A DNA stretch of 61,089 bases, taken from contig JAOZFH010000013.1 of the NCBI GenBank assembly GCA_027491415.1, positions 1 through 61,089 of the forward strand. Reading direction: 5' to 3'. Of the stretch, positions 46,661 through 56,571 are shown in pieces. How positions within the stretch are numbered: the stretch's first letter is position 1; every line of letters begins with the position of its first letter. The stretch is from Thermoproteota archaeon (lineage in GTDB: Archaea; Korarchaeota; Korarchaeia; Korarchaeales; Korarchaeaceae). The position numbers and the translations under genes are program-made. The notes under the pieces were generated by a model that did no database searches, was not told where the DNA came from, and saw only the letters and a program-made list of their open reading frames with translations.

Positions 46661-47097
46661 ATCCCATCACGCTCCCTCGGCAGAGATAGGAGGTCGCGGA
46701 GAGGCACGTCCACCTCTGGCAGGTCGATCGGTAAGACGTGCCTAGTGGTCTTCGGTGGGAGCAGCCTCCCAGACGCCGCGGTGACCCTAACGAGTCCCTT
46801 TGAGACCGGTACGTCGAGCCTCCTGGGCCTCACTTCCACTTCCGGCGAGGAGTAGTTCACCAGCGCCGCCGGAACGGCCCTCGCGCCGAGCGACCGGAGC
46901 GCGGCCAGCCTGTGGTGGCCGTCAAGCAGGGCCCCCGTCTGGCGATCCACGAGAACAGGGATCCTGAGGACTCCGTCTTCCAGGATCTCGCGACCGAGGT
47001 GGCGCCTTCTGGCGGGAATGGTCATCTCATGGGGTCTCAGTGAGTAGATGGGAACTAAGGAGACGTCGACGGAAAGGTCCCCGGACGTGAGGGTCAC
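46657..47097 (-). CDS. ParB/Srx-fold protein, SerK/SbnI serine-kinase-like
   Basis: LRPHE, PVLVD...[25 protein letters not shown] overlap with trpB2. Confidence 0.75.
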   Translation of the reverse strand: MTLTSGDLSVDVSLVPIYSLRPHEMTIPARRRHLGREILEDGVLRIPVLVDRQTGALLDGHHRLAALRSLGARAVPAALVNYSSPEVEVRPRRLDVPVSKGLVRVTAASGRLLPPKTTRHVLPIDLPEVDVPLRDLLSLPRERDGI

Positions 47098-47543
47098 GAG
47101 GGATGAGGGCGTCCTCGACGCCGGGCGGACGGACCTACTCGCGCGACCAAACTAGATCCCCCACATTCCATCCCTCCCTGGTCTGGGGGTGTTGGCCGGG
47201 ACGCAGGGCAGAGACTAAAAAGTGTTTCGGTCGGCCGTCTCGGCCCCGCGTCGGTCGGAGGGCCGGGCATCCACCAGCCCCCTCTTCGACCAGGCAGGTG
47301 CTCTCTCGAGGGTCGCGGCGGAAGGGCGGCGAGACGGGTTCATCAACCCAATGTCGGAGGGTAGTTCTATGAAAAGCATCGCGTGAGGCCAATCCGAGGA
47401 CGGGAGAAGTTCTAACGCGGCTTGTTTTTAGCGTGAGAGCCGGTTGGTCGATCCCTCGAGCGGTCAGCCCGGGCGTTCGCTTCGATCGTCGAAGGTAACC
47501 TTAATTTTATCTCGCATCTGTCGAACTCCACTCCAATCTACCC

Positions 47544-48158
47544 GTGGTGAGAACGATGGCCAAGACCGTGTGGGATAGGGAGCCGGGCGAGATCCGCAGG
47601 CCCGGCACGATTCACATAGCCATCATGGCCCTGTTGATAGGAGTGGGCGCGGTCGCCGGTACCTTCGGTAGCCTATCGGTGCCACTGGGATACGGCGTCA
47701 CCGGATTCTGGCCCGGCGTCGCCGTTCAGGCCGTCGGCGGCATCTGGTTCGGCATGTGGGGTGTGATAGCGGGATTCCTGTTCCCGTTCATCTCCAACTC
47801 CCTCGCCGGCGCCCCGCTGTACGTGAGCTTCGCCTACCTGCCATCCAACCTGATCCAAGGCCTGCTACCCGCCTGGGCCTTCAGGTACTTCAAGGCCGAC
47901 CCCAGCCTCAAGAGCGGGCGCGACTGGATCCTCTTCCTCGTCTTCGGCGTCATCGTCAACAACATCCTCGGCGCGGCCTGGGCCGTGACCGCCCTGCAGT
48001 GGTTCGGCCTCATCACCGTCGAGTCCGTCCCGCTGTTCTTCTCCGGGTGGACCATAGGAAACGGGGTGCCGGCCCTGATATTCGGCGCCATCCTGCTGAA
48101 GGCGCTCTCGCCGCTGGTTGTGAAACACAGGTCCTTCGTCAAGGGCTGGTGGGCCTGA
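47544..48158 (+). CDS. ECF transporter substrate-specific (S) component
   Basis: About 6 TM helices, FWPGVAVQAVGGIWFG. First gene of an S-T-A-A' cluster. Confidence 0.75.
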   Translation: MVRTMAKTVWDREPGEIRRPGTIHIAIMALLIGVGAVAGTFGSLSVPLGYGVTGFWPGVAVQAVGGIWFGMWGVIAGFLFPFISNSLAGAPLYVSFAYLPSNLIQGLLPAWAFRYFKADPSLKSGRDWILFLVFGVIVNNILGAAWAVTALQWFGLITVESVPLFFSGWTIGNGVPALIFGAILLKALSPLVVKHRSFVKGWWA

Positions 48159-48227
48159 GAGCCCCCGCTCCCCAACCTTTTTTGGACCCAACGGCGATCT
48201 GGGAGTCAGTGGAGAGAGTGAGGTGAG

Positions 48228-49079
48228 ATGCCCACCAAGATGAGGAGATCCCTGCTGGGGTATCTCCCCGTGGACTCGCCCATCTTCAGCCTGCACCCGA
48301 TGACCAGGCTCCTGTTCCTCCTGATAGTCAGCGCCTACCCCATGATAGTGAGGCTGCCGGAGCTGAACGTCGCAGGCTCGATCTTCATGCTCGCGCTGTT
48401 CAGGGTCTCGAAGGTGGACCTCAGGGTGATCAAGAACTACAAGATGGCCTTCGTCAACCTGTTCTTCGTCATAGCCATCGCCTACACGTTCTTCGGAGGC
48501 TACAACCCGGACTACAGGGTGCTGATCGAGCTGGGACCGGTGAAGGTGTGCTGGGAGAACCTCAGGTGGGCCATGGTGGTGTACATTCAGCTGATCTTCG
48601 CCATCCTGATCATGATCTTCTTCCTCAGCACCATGAGGGAGAGGGACATAGTGGTGGGGCTCAGGGCCCTCAGGGTGCCCTTCGTGCTGGCCTACATGGC
48701 CGGCCTGGCCCTCAGGTCGATTGGCCTCTCGATAATAGACTTCAACACGATAAGGGAGGCCGAGAAGGCACGAGCCCTCGACCTGCAGGCCCTCCCCTTC
48801 TCCGAGAAGGTGAAGAAGTTCGGCATGTACATAGTCCCTCTGGTCGCGCTCGCCATAAGGAGGTCGGACGAGGTGTCCAACGCCCTCGACTCCAGGGGGT
48901 TCAGGTTCACGGGGCTGAAGTCGGGCAAGAGAACCGACTACATCCTGTCCAAGTACAGGATGACCAAGCTCGACTACGCGGTCCTGGCCGGTATGGGCGT
49001 GTTCCTCGCTGGAATCATCCTGATCAGCATCTACACCGACTGGCTCGCGCTGGAGAGCTCCCTTCTCTACCGGATATGA
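48228..49079 (+). CDS. ecfT: ECF transporter transmembrane T component
   Basis: DSPIFSLHPMTR, EAEKAR and ALDSRGF (two conserved Arg motifs). Confidence 0.9.
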   Translation: MPTKMRRSLLGYLPVDSPIFSLHPMTRLLFLLIVSAYPMIVRLPELNVAGSIFMLALFRVSKVDLRVIKNYKMAFVNLFFVIAIAYTFFGGYNPDYRVLIELGPVKVCWENLRWAMVVYIQLIFAILIMIFFLSTMRERDIVVGLRALRVPFVLAYMAGLALRSIGLSIIDFNTIREAEKARALDLQALPFSEKVKKFGMYIVPLVALAIRRSDEVSNALDSRGFRFTGLKSGKRTDYILSKYRMTKLDYAVLAGMGVFLAGIILISIYTDWLALESSLLYRI

Positions 49080-49080
49080 G

Positions 49081-49950
49081 GTGATGGGGTTGGCGGAACC
49101 GATCATCAGGGTCGAGGGGCTCAAGTGGAAGTACGAGGGCTCTAGGGACTGGGTCCTCAAGGGCGTGGACCTGGAGATCCACCAGGGGGAGTTCGTCGGA
49201 ATAGTGGGCCCCAACGACTCCGGCAAGACGACTCTGGCCATGAGCCTGAACGGACTCGTGCCCAACAACTACCCCGGCGTGATGGAGGGCCGGGTCGTCG
49301 TGGACGGGATGGACACCAGGGAGCACTCCGTCGCCGAGATAGCCGAGAGCGTGGGCTTCGTGTTCCCGGACCCGGAGAGCCAGTTCCTCTCGATGACGGT
49401 CGAGGAGGAGGTCGTCTTCGCCCTAGAGAACCGAGGGCTCCCGAGGGAGGAGATAGAGGAGAGGATGTGGTGGGCCTTAGAACTCACGAACATCCCGGAG
49501 GACTACCTGGAGAAGCCCCCCTACGAGCTCAGCGGCGGGGAGAAGCAGAGGGTGGCCATAGCGAGCGTGCTGGCCATGAGGCCAAAGATAATCGTGCTGG
49601 ACGAGCCGACCTCCATGCTGGACCCGATAGGCAAGACCGAGGTGATAGAGGTCCTGACGGAGATGAAGAGGAGGTACAACGCCACCGTGATCGTCATAGA
49701 GCACAGGCTGGAGGACATCGCCCCGCTGGCGGACAAGATGGTCCTCGTCTACCGCGGGACGATACCGAAGGTCGCTCCGCCGAGGGAGTTCTTCCAGGAC
49801 GTCGACTTCCTGCTTGAGCACGACGTGTTCCCGCCGGACGTGATGGTGCTGGCCAACGAGCTGAGGAGGCGCGGGCTGTACGACGGCCCGGTGCCCATGA
49901 CCGTGGACGAGGCCGAGAGCATAGTGAGGGGGATCCTGGGGAGGAGGTGA
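49081..49950 (+). CDS. ecfA: ECF transporter ATPase A
   Basis: GPNDSGKTT, LSGGEKQR, LDEPTSMLDP, IEH. Confidence 0.93.
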   Translation: MMGLAEPIIRVEGLKWKYEGSRDWVLKGVDLEIHQGEFVGIVGPNDSGKTTLAMSLNGLVPNNYPGVMEGRVVVDGMDTREHSVAEIAESVGFVFPDPESQFLSMTVEEEVVFALENRGLPREEIEERMWWALELTNIPEDYLEKPPYELSGGEKQRVAIASVLAMRPKIIVLDEPTSMLDPIGKTEVIEVLTEMKRRYNATVIVIEHRLEDIAPLADKMVLVYRGTIPKVAPPREFFQDVDFLLEHDVFPPDVMVLANELRRRGLYDGPVPMTVDEAESIVRGILGRR

Positions 49951-50792
49951 CGGGCGTGGGAGAGGCTGTGAGGGTAGATCACATCAGCTACGTGTACCCC
50001 GACGGGACCGTGGGGCTGAAGGAGGCCGCGCTTACGATACAGGAGGGCGAGTTCCTTGCGTTCATAGGCCAGAACGGCTCCGGGAAGACCACGCTGAGCA
50101 AGAACATCTCCGGCCTGCTCAAGCCCACCACCGGTGACGTCTGGGTTTTCGGGAGGAACACCAGGGAGGCGCCGATGTCCGAGCTGGCGACCCTCGTGGG
50201 GTACATCTTCCAGAACCCGGACCACCAGCTGTTCAACCAGACCGTGTACGACGAGATAGCCTACGGCCCGAGGAACCTGAAGCTCCCGGAGGAGGAGGTC
50301 GAAGAGCGCGTGACGGAGGCCATGAGGATCGTCGGATTGGACGAGTCCTACAGGGAGGAGCACCCGTTCTTCCTGAGCAAGGGGCTCAGACAGAGGGTCG
50401 CGATAGCCAGCATACTGGCCATGAGGCCGAAGGTCATCATAGTGGACGAGCCCACCACGGGGCAGGACTTCAAGCAGTCAATAGACATCATGGACTTCCT
50501 GACTATGCTGAACAGGGAGCACGGGCACACGATCATCATAATCACCCACGACATGCCCATCGTGGCCAAGTACGCGGAGAGGACCGTCGCCATGGCCGAC
50601 GGCAGGATTCTGCTGGACGGTCCCACGAGGGAGGTCTTCGCCCAGGCCGAGGCGCTGGCCCAGGCCAACATCAAGCCCCCGCAGATAACGAGGCTGGCCC
50701 AGAGGCTCGGCGACCTGGGGATACCTCCAAACGTGCTGTCCATCGAGGAGATGGCCGACCTGATAGAGTCAGCCCTGAAGGGGAGGGAGTAA
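49947..50792 (+). CDS. ecfA: ECF transporter ATPase A'
   Basis: GQNGSGKTT, FQNPDHQ, LSKGLRQR, VDEPTTGQD, ITHD. Followed by a T-tract near 50805. Confidence 0.93.
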   Translation: MTGVGEAVRVDHISYVYPDGTVGLKEAALTIQEGEFLAFIGQNGSGKTTLSKNISGLLKPTTGDVWVFGRNTREAPMSELATLVGYIFQNPDHQLFNQTVYDEIAYGPRNLKLPEEEVEERVTEAMRIVGLDESYREEHPFFLSKGLRQRVAIASILAMRPKVIIVDEPTTGQDFKQSIDIMDFLTMLNREHGHTIIIITHDMPIVAKYAERTVAMADGRILLDGPTREVFAQAEALAQANIKPPQITRLAQRLGDLGIPPNVLSIEEMADLIESALKGRE

Positions 50793-50933
50793 CCCTCCTG
50801 CCGCCTTTTTTGGATCTCCTCGGAACTAGAGGCCTCGCCCTCCGCCGGCCGCCTAGGGGCCCGACAGGCGACTGAACGCCCGACCTTAGATACGTTAAAA
50901 TTGGCCAGTCACACCTCTGCCTCGGTGGAGCGC

Positions 50934-51221
50934 ATGTACGAGATGAGGAGGTACGCGAGGGCCTTCGTCCTGCTGTCCACGGAGCTCGGCAAGGAGAAGG
51001 AGGTCATCAAGAGGGTCATGGAACTCCCGGAGGTCGAGGAGGCCCACATAGTCCCCGGAGACTACGACGTGCTCGCCGTGCTCAGGGTGAGGCGGGACAT
51101 CGTGGCCCCCTCCGAGGAGGAGGTCATGGACGTCGTGCTGGACAAGATAGCCAGGATACCGGGGGTGAAGGACACCCACACGATCATTCCCACCCACTCC
51201 TTCACGAAGAGACAGGAGTGA
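50934..51221 (+). CDS. Stand-alone Lrp/AsnC ligand-binding (RAM) domain
   Basis: AFVLL...LPEVEEAHIVPGDYDVLAVL...IARIPGVKDTHTII. No HTH. Confidence 0.85.
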   Translation: MYEMRRYARAFVLLSTELGKEKEVIKRVMELPEVEEAHIVPGDYDVLAVLRVRRDIVAPSEEEVMDVVLDKIARIPGVKDTHTIIPTHSFTKRQE

Positions 51222-52153
51222 GGGGGCGGTCAGTTCAAGTGGGATCCGTCATAGAGGTCAGCGGGCTCAACAAGCGGTTCGGCCGCGTCGAGGCCCTCCG
51301 CGAGGCGTCATTTGAGGTCAGAGAGGGGTCGGTGACCGGGCTGCTGGGCCCGAACGGGGCCGGGAAGACCACGACTCTCAAGATTCTCGTGGGGCTCCTG
51401 AGGCCAGACTCCGGCGAGGTGCGCGTCCTGAGGATGGATCCATGGGAGGAGGGACACAGGGTCAGGCAGAGGGTCGGTATACTGCACGAGCGGCCCATCT
51501 ACCCCGGGGATGTGGATGTCTGGAGGCTGCTCCGCTACGCAGCCCGGGTCAGGGGCCTCCACCCCGCCGACGCCCGGAGGGCCGCCAGGCTCGCTGGGCT
51601 AGGCGAGCACCTCGATCGGAGGGTGTCGGCCCTGAGCAGGGGGTACCTACAGAGGCTGGGCCTGGCGCTTGCGGTGATGGGGGAGCCCGACCTACTGCTG
51701 CTGGACGAGCCCACGGCGAACCTTGACCCGGCGGCCAGAATGGAGATACTCGACCTGATAGCCACGCTCAGGAGGGAGCTCGGCGTGACCATGTTGGTCT
51801 CCTCTCACATCATCCCGGAGCTCGAGCTCGTGTGCGATTCGGCGGCCTTCATCTCGGAGGGTCGTATCCTCGACTACGGCCCGCTTGAGGAGCTGGCCGG
51901 GAGGTATGGGACCGAGGCCCGCGTGATCCTCAGGTCCCCGAGGCCAAGGGAGGTGGCCTCCAGGCTCATCTCGCTCGAGTTTGTGGAGGCCGTCGAGGTC
52001 AGGGATCGGACCGTCACGGTCAGGGTGGCGCCCGGTTCCCTGAGCCTCGTTCAGGCCGAGATCTCAGCGCTTGCTGGCGTGGAGGTGGTGTCGTCGGGGA
52101 GGGCTGGGCTAATGGACCTGTACAGGAGGGTGGTGCTCGGTGAGGCTGCTTGA
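51218..52153 (+). CDS. ABC exporter ATP-binding protein
   Basis: GPNGAGKTT, LSRGYLQR, LDEPTANLDP, SSH. Confidence 0.92.
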   Translation: MRGRSVQVGSVIEVSGLNKRFGRVEALREASFEVREGSVTGLLGPNGAGKTTTLKILVGLLRPDSGEVRVLRMDPWEEGHRVRQRVGILHERPIYPGDVDVWRLLRYAARVRGLHPADARRAARLAGLGEHLDRRVSALSRGYLQRLGLALAVMGEPDLLLLDEPTANLDPAARMEILDLIATLRRELGVTMLVSSHIIPELELVCDSAAFISEGRILDYGPLEELAGRYGTEARVILRSPRPREVASRLISLEFVEAVEVRDRTVTVRVAPGSLSLVQAEISALAGVEVVSSGRAGLMDLYRRVVLGEAA

Positions 52154-52892
52154 GGTCCTAGAGGAGTACCTCTCGGTGTCGCTGGGTCGCAACGTATATG
52201 CCATCCCGCTCGGAGCCTTCGCGGCCTCCCTGGGGGCCGGGCTATTCGGGCTGGGGGCCGCTGTGTCTCAGGTCGCCTTGTTCCCGGGTAAGATTCCCAC
52301 AAACGCCCTCAGCGTGAGCCTGATATTCTCCCACCTAATCTTCGGCCTGGTCGCGTTCTCCCTGGCGGGGATACTCGCGGGAGAGCTGAGGTCGGAGGCC
52401 GCGTTTCACCTGAGCCTCCCGATTAGGAGGGAGGAGTACGCTGCCGCCTGGCTGGCTGCCGTTGCCTGGGTCCCCGTGGCTCTGGAGGTCATCTCCCCCC
52501 TGGTGCCTGTCGCCGTTCTGGATCCGAGACTCGTAACGAGCGTCGTCGTGGAGCCTTTGGTGTACAGGGCGGTCGAAGACGCTCTGGTGTTTGGTACGAT
52601 GTTGTGGGTAGCCCTGCTCAAGAGAAAGGGGTTCGTGACGGTCTACGGGCTGGCCGTGATCCTGCTCCTGCCGATGTTGGTGGGCATAGCCCTCGCCACA
52701 ACGGGCGCGTTCACGGGCCAGCCAACCCCGCTTGTCAGGGTCCTCAGGGACGTCCTGCCAGCCTCGGCGTCCGCGGTCGGCGCATGGGCCCCTGGGCCCT
52801 GGTGGGAGCCGATCCTCGTCGCGGGCGCGCTGGCGGCTGTCACGCAGGCTGGGTTCGTCGCCTGGGTGGGACGGAGACTGGAGGTGACGTGA
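52140..52892 (+). CDS. ABC-2 type permease
   Basis: About 6 TM helices, AGELRS...LSLPIRREEY. Confidence 0.7.
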   Translation: MRLLEVLEEYLSVSLGRNVYAIPLGAFAASLGAGLFGLGAAVSQVALFPGKIPTNALSVSLIFSHLIFGLVAFSLAGILAGELRSEAAFHLSLPIRREEYAAAWLAAVAWVPVALEVISPLVPVAVLDPRLVTSVVVEPLVYRAVEDALVFGTMLWVALLKRKGFVTVYGLAVILLLPMLVGIALATTGAFTGQPTPLVRVLRDVLPASASAVGAWAPGPWWEPILVAGALAAVTQAGFVAWVGRRLEVT

Positions 52893-53633
52893 TTGTCCGC
52901 TCTCAGGGCCGCCGGCGCACTCACGATCTGCCTCGCCCTCGGTGGCTTCCTGGCGCTGGTCGCGGCGAACAAGGCGGGGGCCAGCCACCTTTCGCCGGTG
53001 GACGCCAGGGTGGGGTGCTACGCCTCCGGGGACAAGGTCGTCGTGATCGCGTCGAGCGAAGAGGTGGAGGTGGGAGAGGTGGAGGGGATACGCATGCTCG
53101 TGGGGGCCTCAGTCCCGCAGGTGTTCGTGGCCCTTCCACAGCCCACGAACTACACGACCCCGCCCCCGACAGCCCAGGCCGGGCTGATGCCCCCTCCGCC
53201 GCCGACCGTGGGGCCCAGGTACGTGGACGGCGAGGTCGTGCTCGTCGACGCGAGGGAGGGAAGGGCCCTCGGCCTCCCGTGGGCCGTGCTGTCCGACGAT
53301 CCGGTTAGGCTGGCCCAGAGGGTGGAGGAGCTTGCGGCGGCGAGCTCGCAGCTGGAGAGCCCCAGGTGGGCCCCGGGAGACTACCTCAAGGGGGAGGTCG
53401 CGGTTCCCTCACCCGGAAAGTGGTATGCCGTTGTGGTGGCCGTGGCGGAGGCTGATTCACCTATTCCCGCCAACGCAACCGTGGACTGCGGCGTCTTCCT
53501 CGACCTAGAGGCAAAGGTGTACCCCGGGCTCAACCAGGCGCTCAGGTCAGCCTACCTGGCCGTCGCCGGGATCCTGCTGATCCTGCTGGACCGCGTCAGG
53601 TCGGGGAGGGAGGAATGGTCCACCCGGGCCTGA
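52893..53633 (+). CDS. Membrane-anchored hypothetical protein
   Basis: TM at both termini and a Pro-rich linker. Adjacent to the permease. Confidence 0.55.
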   Translation: MSALRAAGALTICLALGGFLALVAANKAGASHLSPVDARVGCYASGDKVVVIASSEEVEVGEVEGIRMLVGASVPQVFVALPQPTNYTTPPPTAQAGLMPPPPPTVGPRYVDGEVVLVDAREGRALGLPWAVLSDDPVRLAQRVEELAAASSQLESPRWAPGDYLKGEVAVPSPGKWYAVVVAVAEADSPIPANATVDCGVFLDLEAKVYPGLNQALRSAYLAVAGILLILLDRVRSGREEWSTRA

Positions 53634-53658
53634 GACCGCGGGGAGCGGGGCGAGTGGG

Positions 53659-54642
53659 TCAGAGCCTAGTTCCCTCCTCACGCTGAGCTAGGGCCCAGTA
53701 GGCCGCGTAGAGGGCCAGCCCTGTGAGAGCCAGCGGCCCTCCCAGGTTGATCTGCGTCCTGACTGGGACCCTCACCGCGGCGCTGAACTCGGCGCTCGCA
53801 ACGGTCTCCGAGATCCGCGACGACAGCTCGGAGAGGGTCTCTACGAGGTCCCCCACAGTCCCCACGGTGTGCTGAGCTCCGCCCGTCTCACTGGCGATGA
53901 GTCGAGTCTCCTCCTCCCCCTCCGACCCGGACTCGCCTATGAAGACCGTGTGAATGGGGACGCTCAGCTCCCTGAAGGATTCGAGGAGGTGCCTGTACTC
54001 GGTTCGATCCGCTGGGAGTCCGTCAGTCAGCATAACCACGGCGCAGGTCGCGTTGAACGCCCTGTACGCTCGCACCCACGACAGGGCCGACATAAGGGGG
54101 TAGGAGTACATGGTCCCGCCGGACGCCCTCAAGTCTCCGATGGCCGCCTCCAGCTCGGACCTGTTTCCCGTTGGGGGGACGGAGAGCTCGACCCTGTCTG
54201 AGAAGGCTATGAGCCCGACGTCCACGCTCTCGGGGAGCCCGCCCACGAACTTCAGCGCGGCCTCCCTGGCGGCGTCAAGCTTGACCCCCCCGGGTATGGG
54301 CTCCCCCATGCTTCCGGAGACGTCCACCACTAGAACGACCGCCGGCCTGGCCACCTTGTAGGCTGCCTCTACCTCCCCGGAGGCCTGAACCGTTACCTCC
54401 CTCTCGACGGTCACGGAGGGGGACAGGAGGCCAATCGTGAGCGCGACCAGGGAAGCGGCCAGGACGGCGTTCCTCGGCCTCCTCTTCCGGCCCTCAGCCG
54501 GGCGGAGTAGTCCCGCAAGAGGGTAGGTGACCGTGAGGGGAGGTGAGCCAGCGAGGCGCCTCCTCAGCGCGAGGCCCGCTATCGGGGCGGCCACTACGAC
54601 CGCCGCGACCCAGACGCTCACCCCCAGCTCCAAGTCACGCAC
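53659..54642 (-). CDS. Membrane VWA-domain protein (BatA-like)
   Basis: MIDAS DVSGSM, GGT, LTDG, with flanking TM helices. Confidence 0.88.
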   Translation of the reverse strand: MRDLELGVSVWVAAVVVAAPIAGLALRRRLAGSPPLTVTYPLAGLLRPAEGRKRRPRNAVLAASLVALTIGLLSPSVTVEREVTVQASGEVEAAYKVARPAVVLVVDVSGSMGEPIPGGVKLDAAREAALKFVGGLPESVDVGLIAFSDRVELSVPPTGNRSELEAAIGDLRASGGTMYSYPLMSALSWVRAYRAFNATCAVVMLTDGLPADRTEYRHLLESFRELSVPIHTVFIGESGSEGEEETRLIASETGGAQHTVGTVGDLVETLSELSSRISETVASAEFSAAVRVPVRTQINLGGPLALTGLALYAAYWALAQREEGTRL

Positions 54643-55576
54643 CCCCCGCGAGCGCCAAGATCAGGAGCAGCGCCGCCGCTGTCGCTAGCGCGCCCCTGGG
54701 CTCACTGGCGTCCACGACCTCGACCTCGACGTAGGCCCTTCCAGCCGCCTTGAGAGCCTCGTACTTGGCCTCCCTGGCAACCTCGGCGGCCAGCGACCCC
54801 AAGGCGGTGGCATCGACCTCGTCGATCCACCTGAACTCCCCTCCCGCCTCTCTCGCCAGTTCGGCGGTCACGGCGGGATCGGCGCTGACCCCCTGGCCAA
54901 CCTGAACGGCCAGAAGCGGAAGTCCCGCCTCGCGAAGGCTCCTGGCCGCCTCGACGGGGTCCGTACCCCCGTTGTTCCCCCCGTCGGATATCAGGACGAC
55001 GGCCGCAGGCCTGCCTGAGGCCCTTGTGGCGGCGAGGGCCGTCACCAGCGCGTCCCCTATCGAGGTGTAGTTCCTGTCGGCCCTCAGCTCCGGGAGAGAT
55101 TGGAGAGCTTCGCCCGCCGGCCCGGAATAGATCACCTCGGCGTCACCCGCGAAGGCCACCAGCGTCACTAGGTCGCCCGGGGATAGGGACTGGAGCACAC
55201 CCCTGACCACCTCCCTTGCCGCCTCGATCCTCGTCCCCGCGCCCATGGGGTAGCTCATGCTCCTGGACAAGTCGACGAGGATCACCAGCTGCGCCTCCGC
55301 CCTCGAGAGCAGGGGGCTGTCGGGGGTGACGGGCACCCTCTCGACCTTGACGACGTACGGTCCCGACACCAGGAGGGCTATCATCACCGCCAGCGCCGCT
55401 CGGGCGGCCAGGGAGGCGATCAGGAGTCTACGACCCCTCGAGGGGGTGGCTGATCCCATGGCGGACTCGACCGACCGCATCAGGTCGAAGGCCCTCCTCG
55501 ACAGGGCGAAGAGCGCGGCCAGAGCCACGGGGGCCGCGATGAGGGCCTCCGGCCTCTCCAGTCCAAGGCTAGTCAT
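54635..55576 (-). CDS. Membrane VWA-domain protein (BatB-like)
   Basis: ERPEAL N-terminus, DLSRSM, TSIGDAL, ISDGGNN. Confidence 0.88.
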   Translation of the reverse strand: MTSLGLERPEALIAAPVALAALFALSRRAFDLMRSVESAMGSATPSRGRRLLIASLAARAALAVMIALLVSGPYVVKVERVPVTPDSPLLSRAEAQLVILVDLSRSMSYPMGAGTRIEAAREVVRGVLQSLSPGDLVTLVAFAGDAEVIYSGPAGEALQSLPELRADRNYTSIGDALVTALAATRASGRPAAVVLISDGGNNGGTDPVEAARSLREAGLPLLAVQVGQGVSADPAVTAELAREAGGEFRWIDEVDATALGSLAAEVAREAKYEALKAAGRAYVEVEVVDASEPRGALATAAALLLILALAGGA

Positions 55577-56522
55577 TGGGCCCCTCCCCCCGCCCCGCCC
55601 CAGGACCCTGGCAGGGTCCCCGCGATTGATCGCCCTGCGCCGCCCTGCTCAGGGCCTCGATCAGGGCCCTGAGCTGCGACACCTGCCCGCCGAACCGGCC
55701 GGCGTCGCGTGGGCTTAGAGAGGAGACGCCCGAGACGAACCGTGCAACGCCCGGAGAAGACAGCACCTCAAGGGCCTCCTGTGGGGACAGCCTGCCGTCC
55801 CTGGCTGCCGCAGCTGCGCTGAGCGCCTTCTGCGCCGCCTCCGGGTTGCTCTCCACCAGGGAGAAGAGGGCCAGGATCACGTCCAGCTCCCTGGCCAGCG
55901 CCTCCAGCCTCCCCCTGGACTCGTTCAGGATCTCGGCGTGCGACGGCGAGAGGAGGGCGGAGTCGTCCACCGATGAGAGGTTCAGCAGGGCCTCTCTCAC
56001 CATCTCCCTGGCGCGCCTCACGTCCGCCGCAACCTCCGACCACTCGGCCAGGGCGGCCTGGACGTCCCCCGACGTCAGGTTGCCCACGGCCCTCCAGACG
56101 CCGGGTCGAACCGCGTCCAAGATAGAGGCGGCCCGGGCGGACGAGTCCGCCGCCACGGCGGCGTGGCGATAGGCCCTGACCGCGGCCAGCACCCTCGAGG
56201 AGAGCCCGGTGCCCCCAGACTCCTCGGCCGCCCTCCCCGCCCTGGCCAGCATCTCTAGGGACCTGGCCGCGGCCCCCCTTACGAGGGCTACGGCGGAGGG
56301 ATCCACCTCCACCCAGAGCGAGTCGTAGGCCAAGGCGGAGGAGTTCTCCAGCGCTCCTGCGGCCAGCTCACCGCCCGGAACGACGAGCGTCATGTCCTCC
56401 GGGTCCACGGCGCCTGAGGGGGCTATGAGGGGCCAGAAGAAGGCCAGGGCGATCAGCGTCAGGGCTAGGGCGACTGGGATCTCGGGCCTGACCCTGCCGA
56501 GGATCGGCGGCGAGGGGCTCAC
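55569..56522 (-). CDS. Membrane-anchored helical protein in VWA cluster
   Basis: One N-terminal TM and an Ala-rich helical body. Overlaps the next gene. Start GTG 56522 inferred. Confidence 0.55.
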   Translation of the reverse strand: MSPSPPILGRVRPEIPVALALTLIALAFFWPLIAPSGAVDPEDMTLVVPGGELAAGALENSSALAYDSLWVEVDPSAVALVRGAAARSLEMLARAGRAAEESGGTGLSSRVLAAVRAYRHAAVAADSSARAASILDAVRPGVWRAVGNLTSGDVQAALAEWSEVAADVRRAREMVREALLNLSSVDDSALLSPSHAEILNESRGRLEALARELDVILALFSLVESNPEAAQKALSAAAAARDGRLSPQEALEVLSSPGVARFVSGVSSLSPRDAGRFGGQVSQLRALIEALSRAAQGDQSRGPCQGPGAGRGEGPND

Positions 56523-56571
56523 CGGGACCTCCCGGCGGCCGGCCGTATTTAGGTTAACCAGCCCGGGGCCA

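Noticed and set aside
46657-47097. ParB as a chromosome or plasmid partition gene
   Set aside because: No HTH or dimerisation domain, no parA, and it is coupled to trpB2.
47100-47540. Possible TPP or other riboswitch ahead of the ECF operon
   Set aside because: No recognisable aptamer consensus, and the TATA element lies close to the start, leaving little leader.
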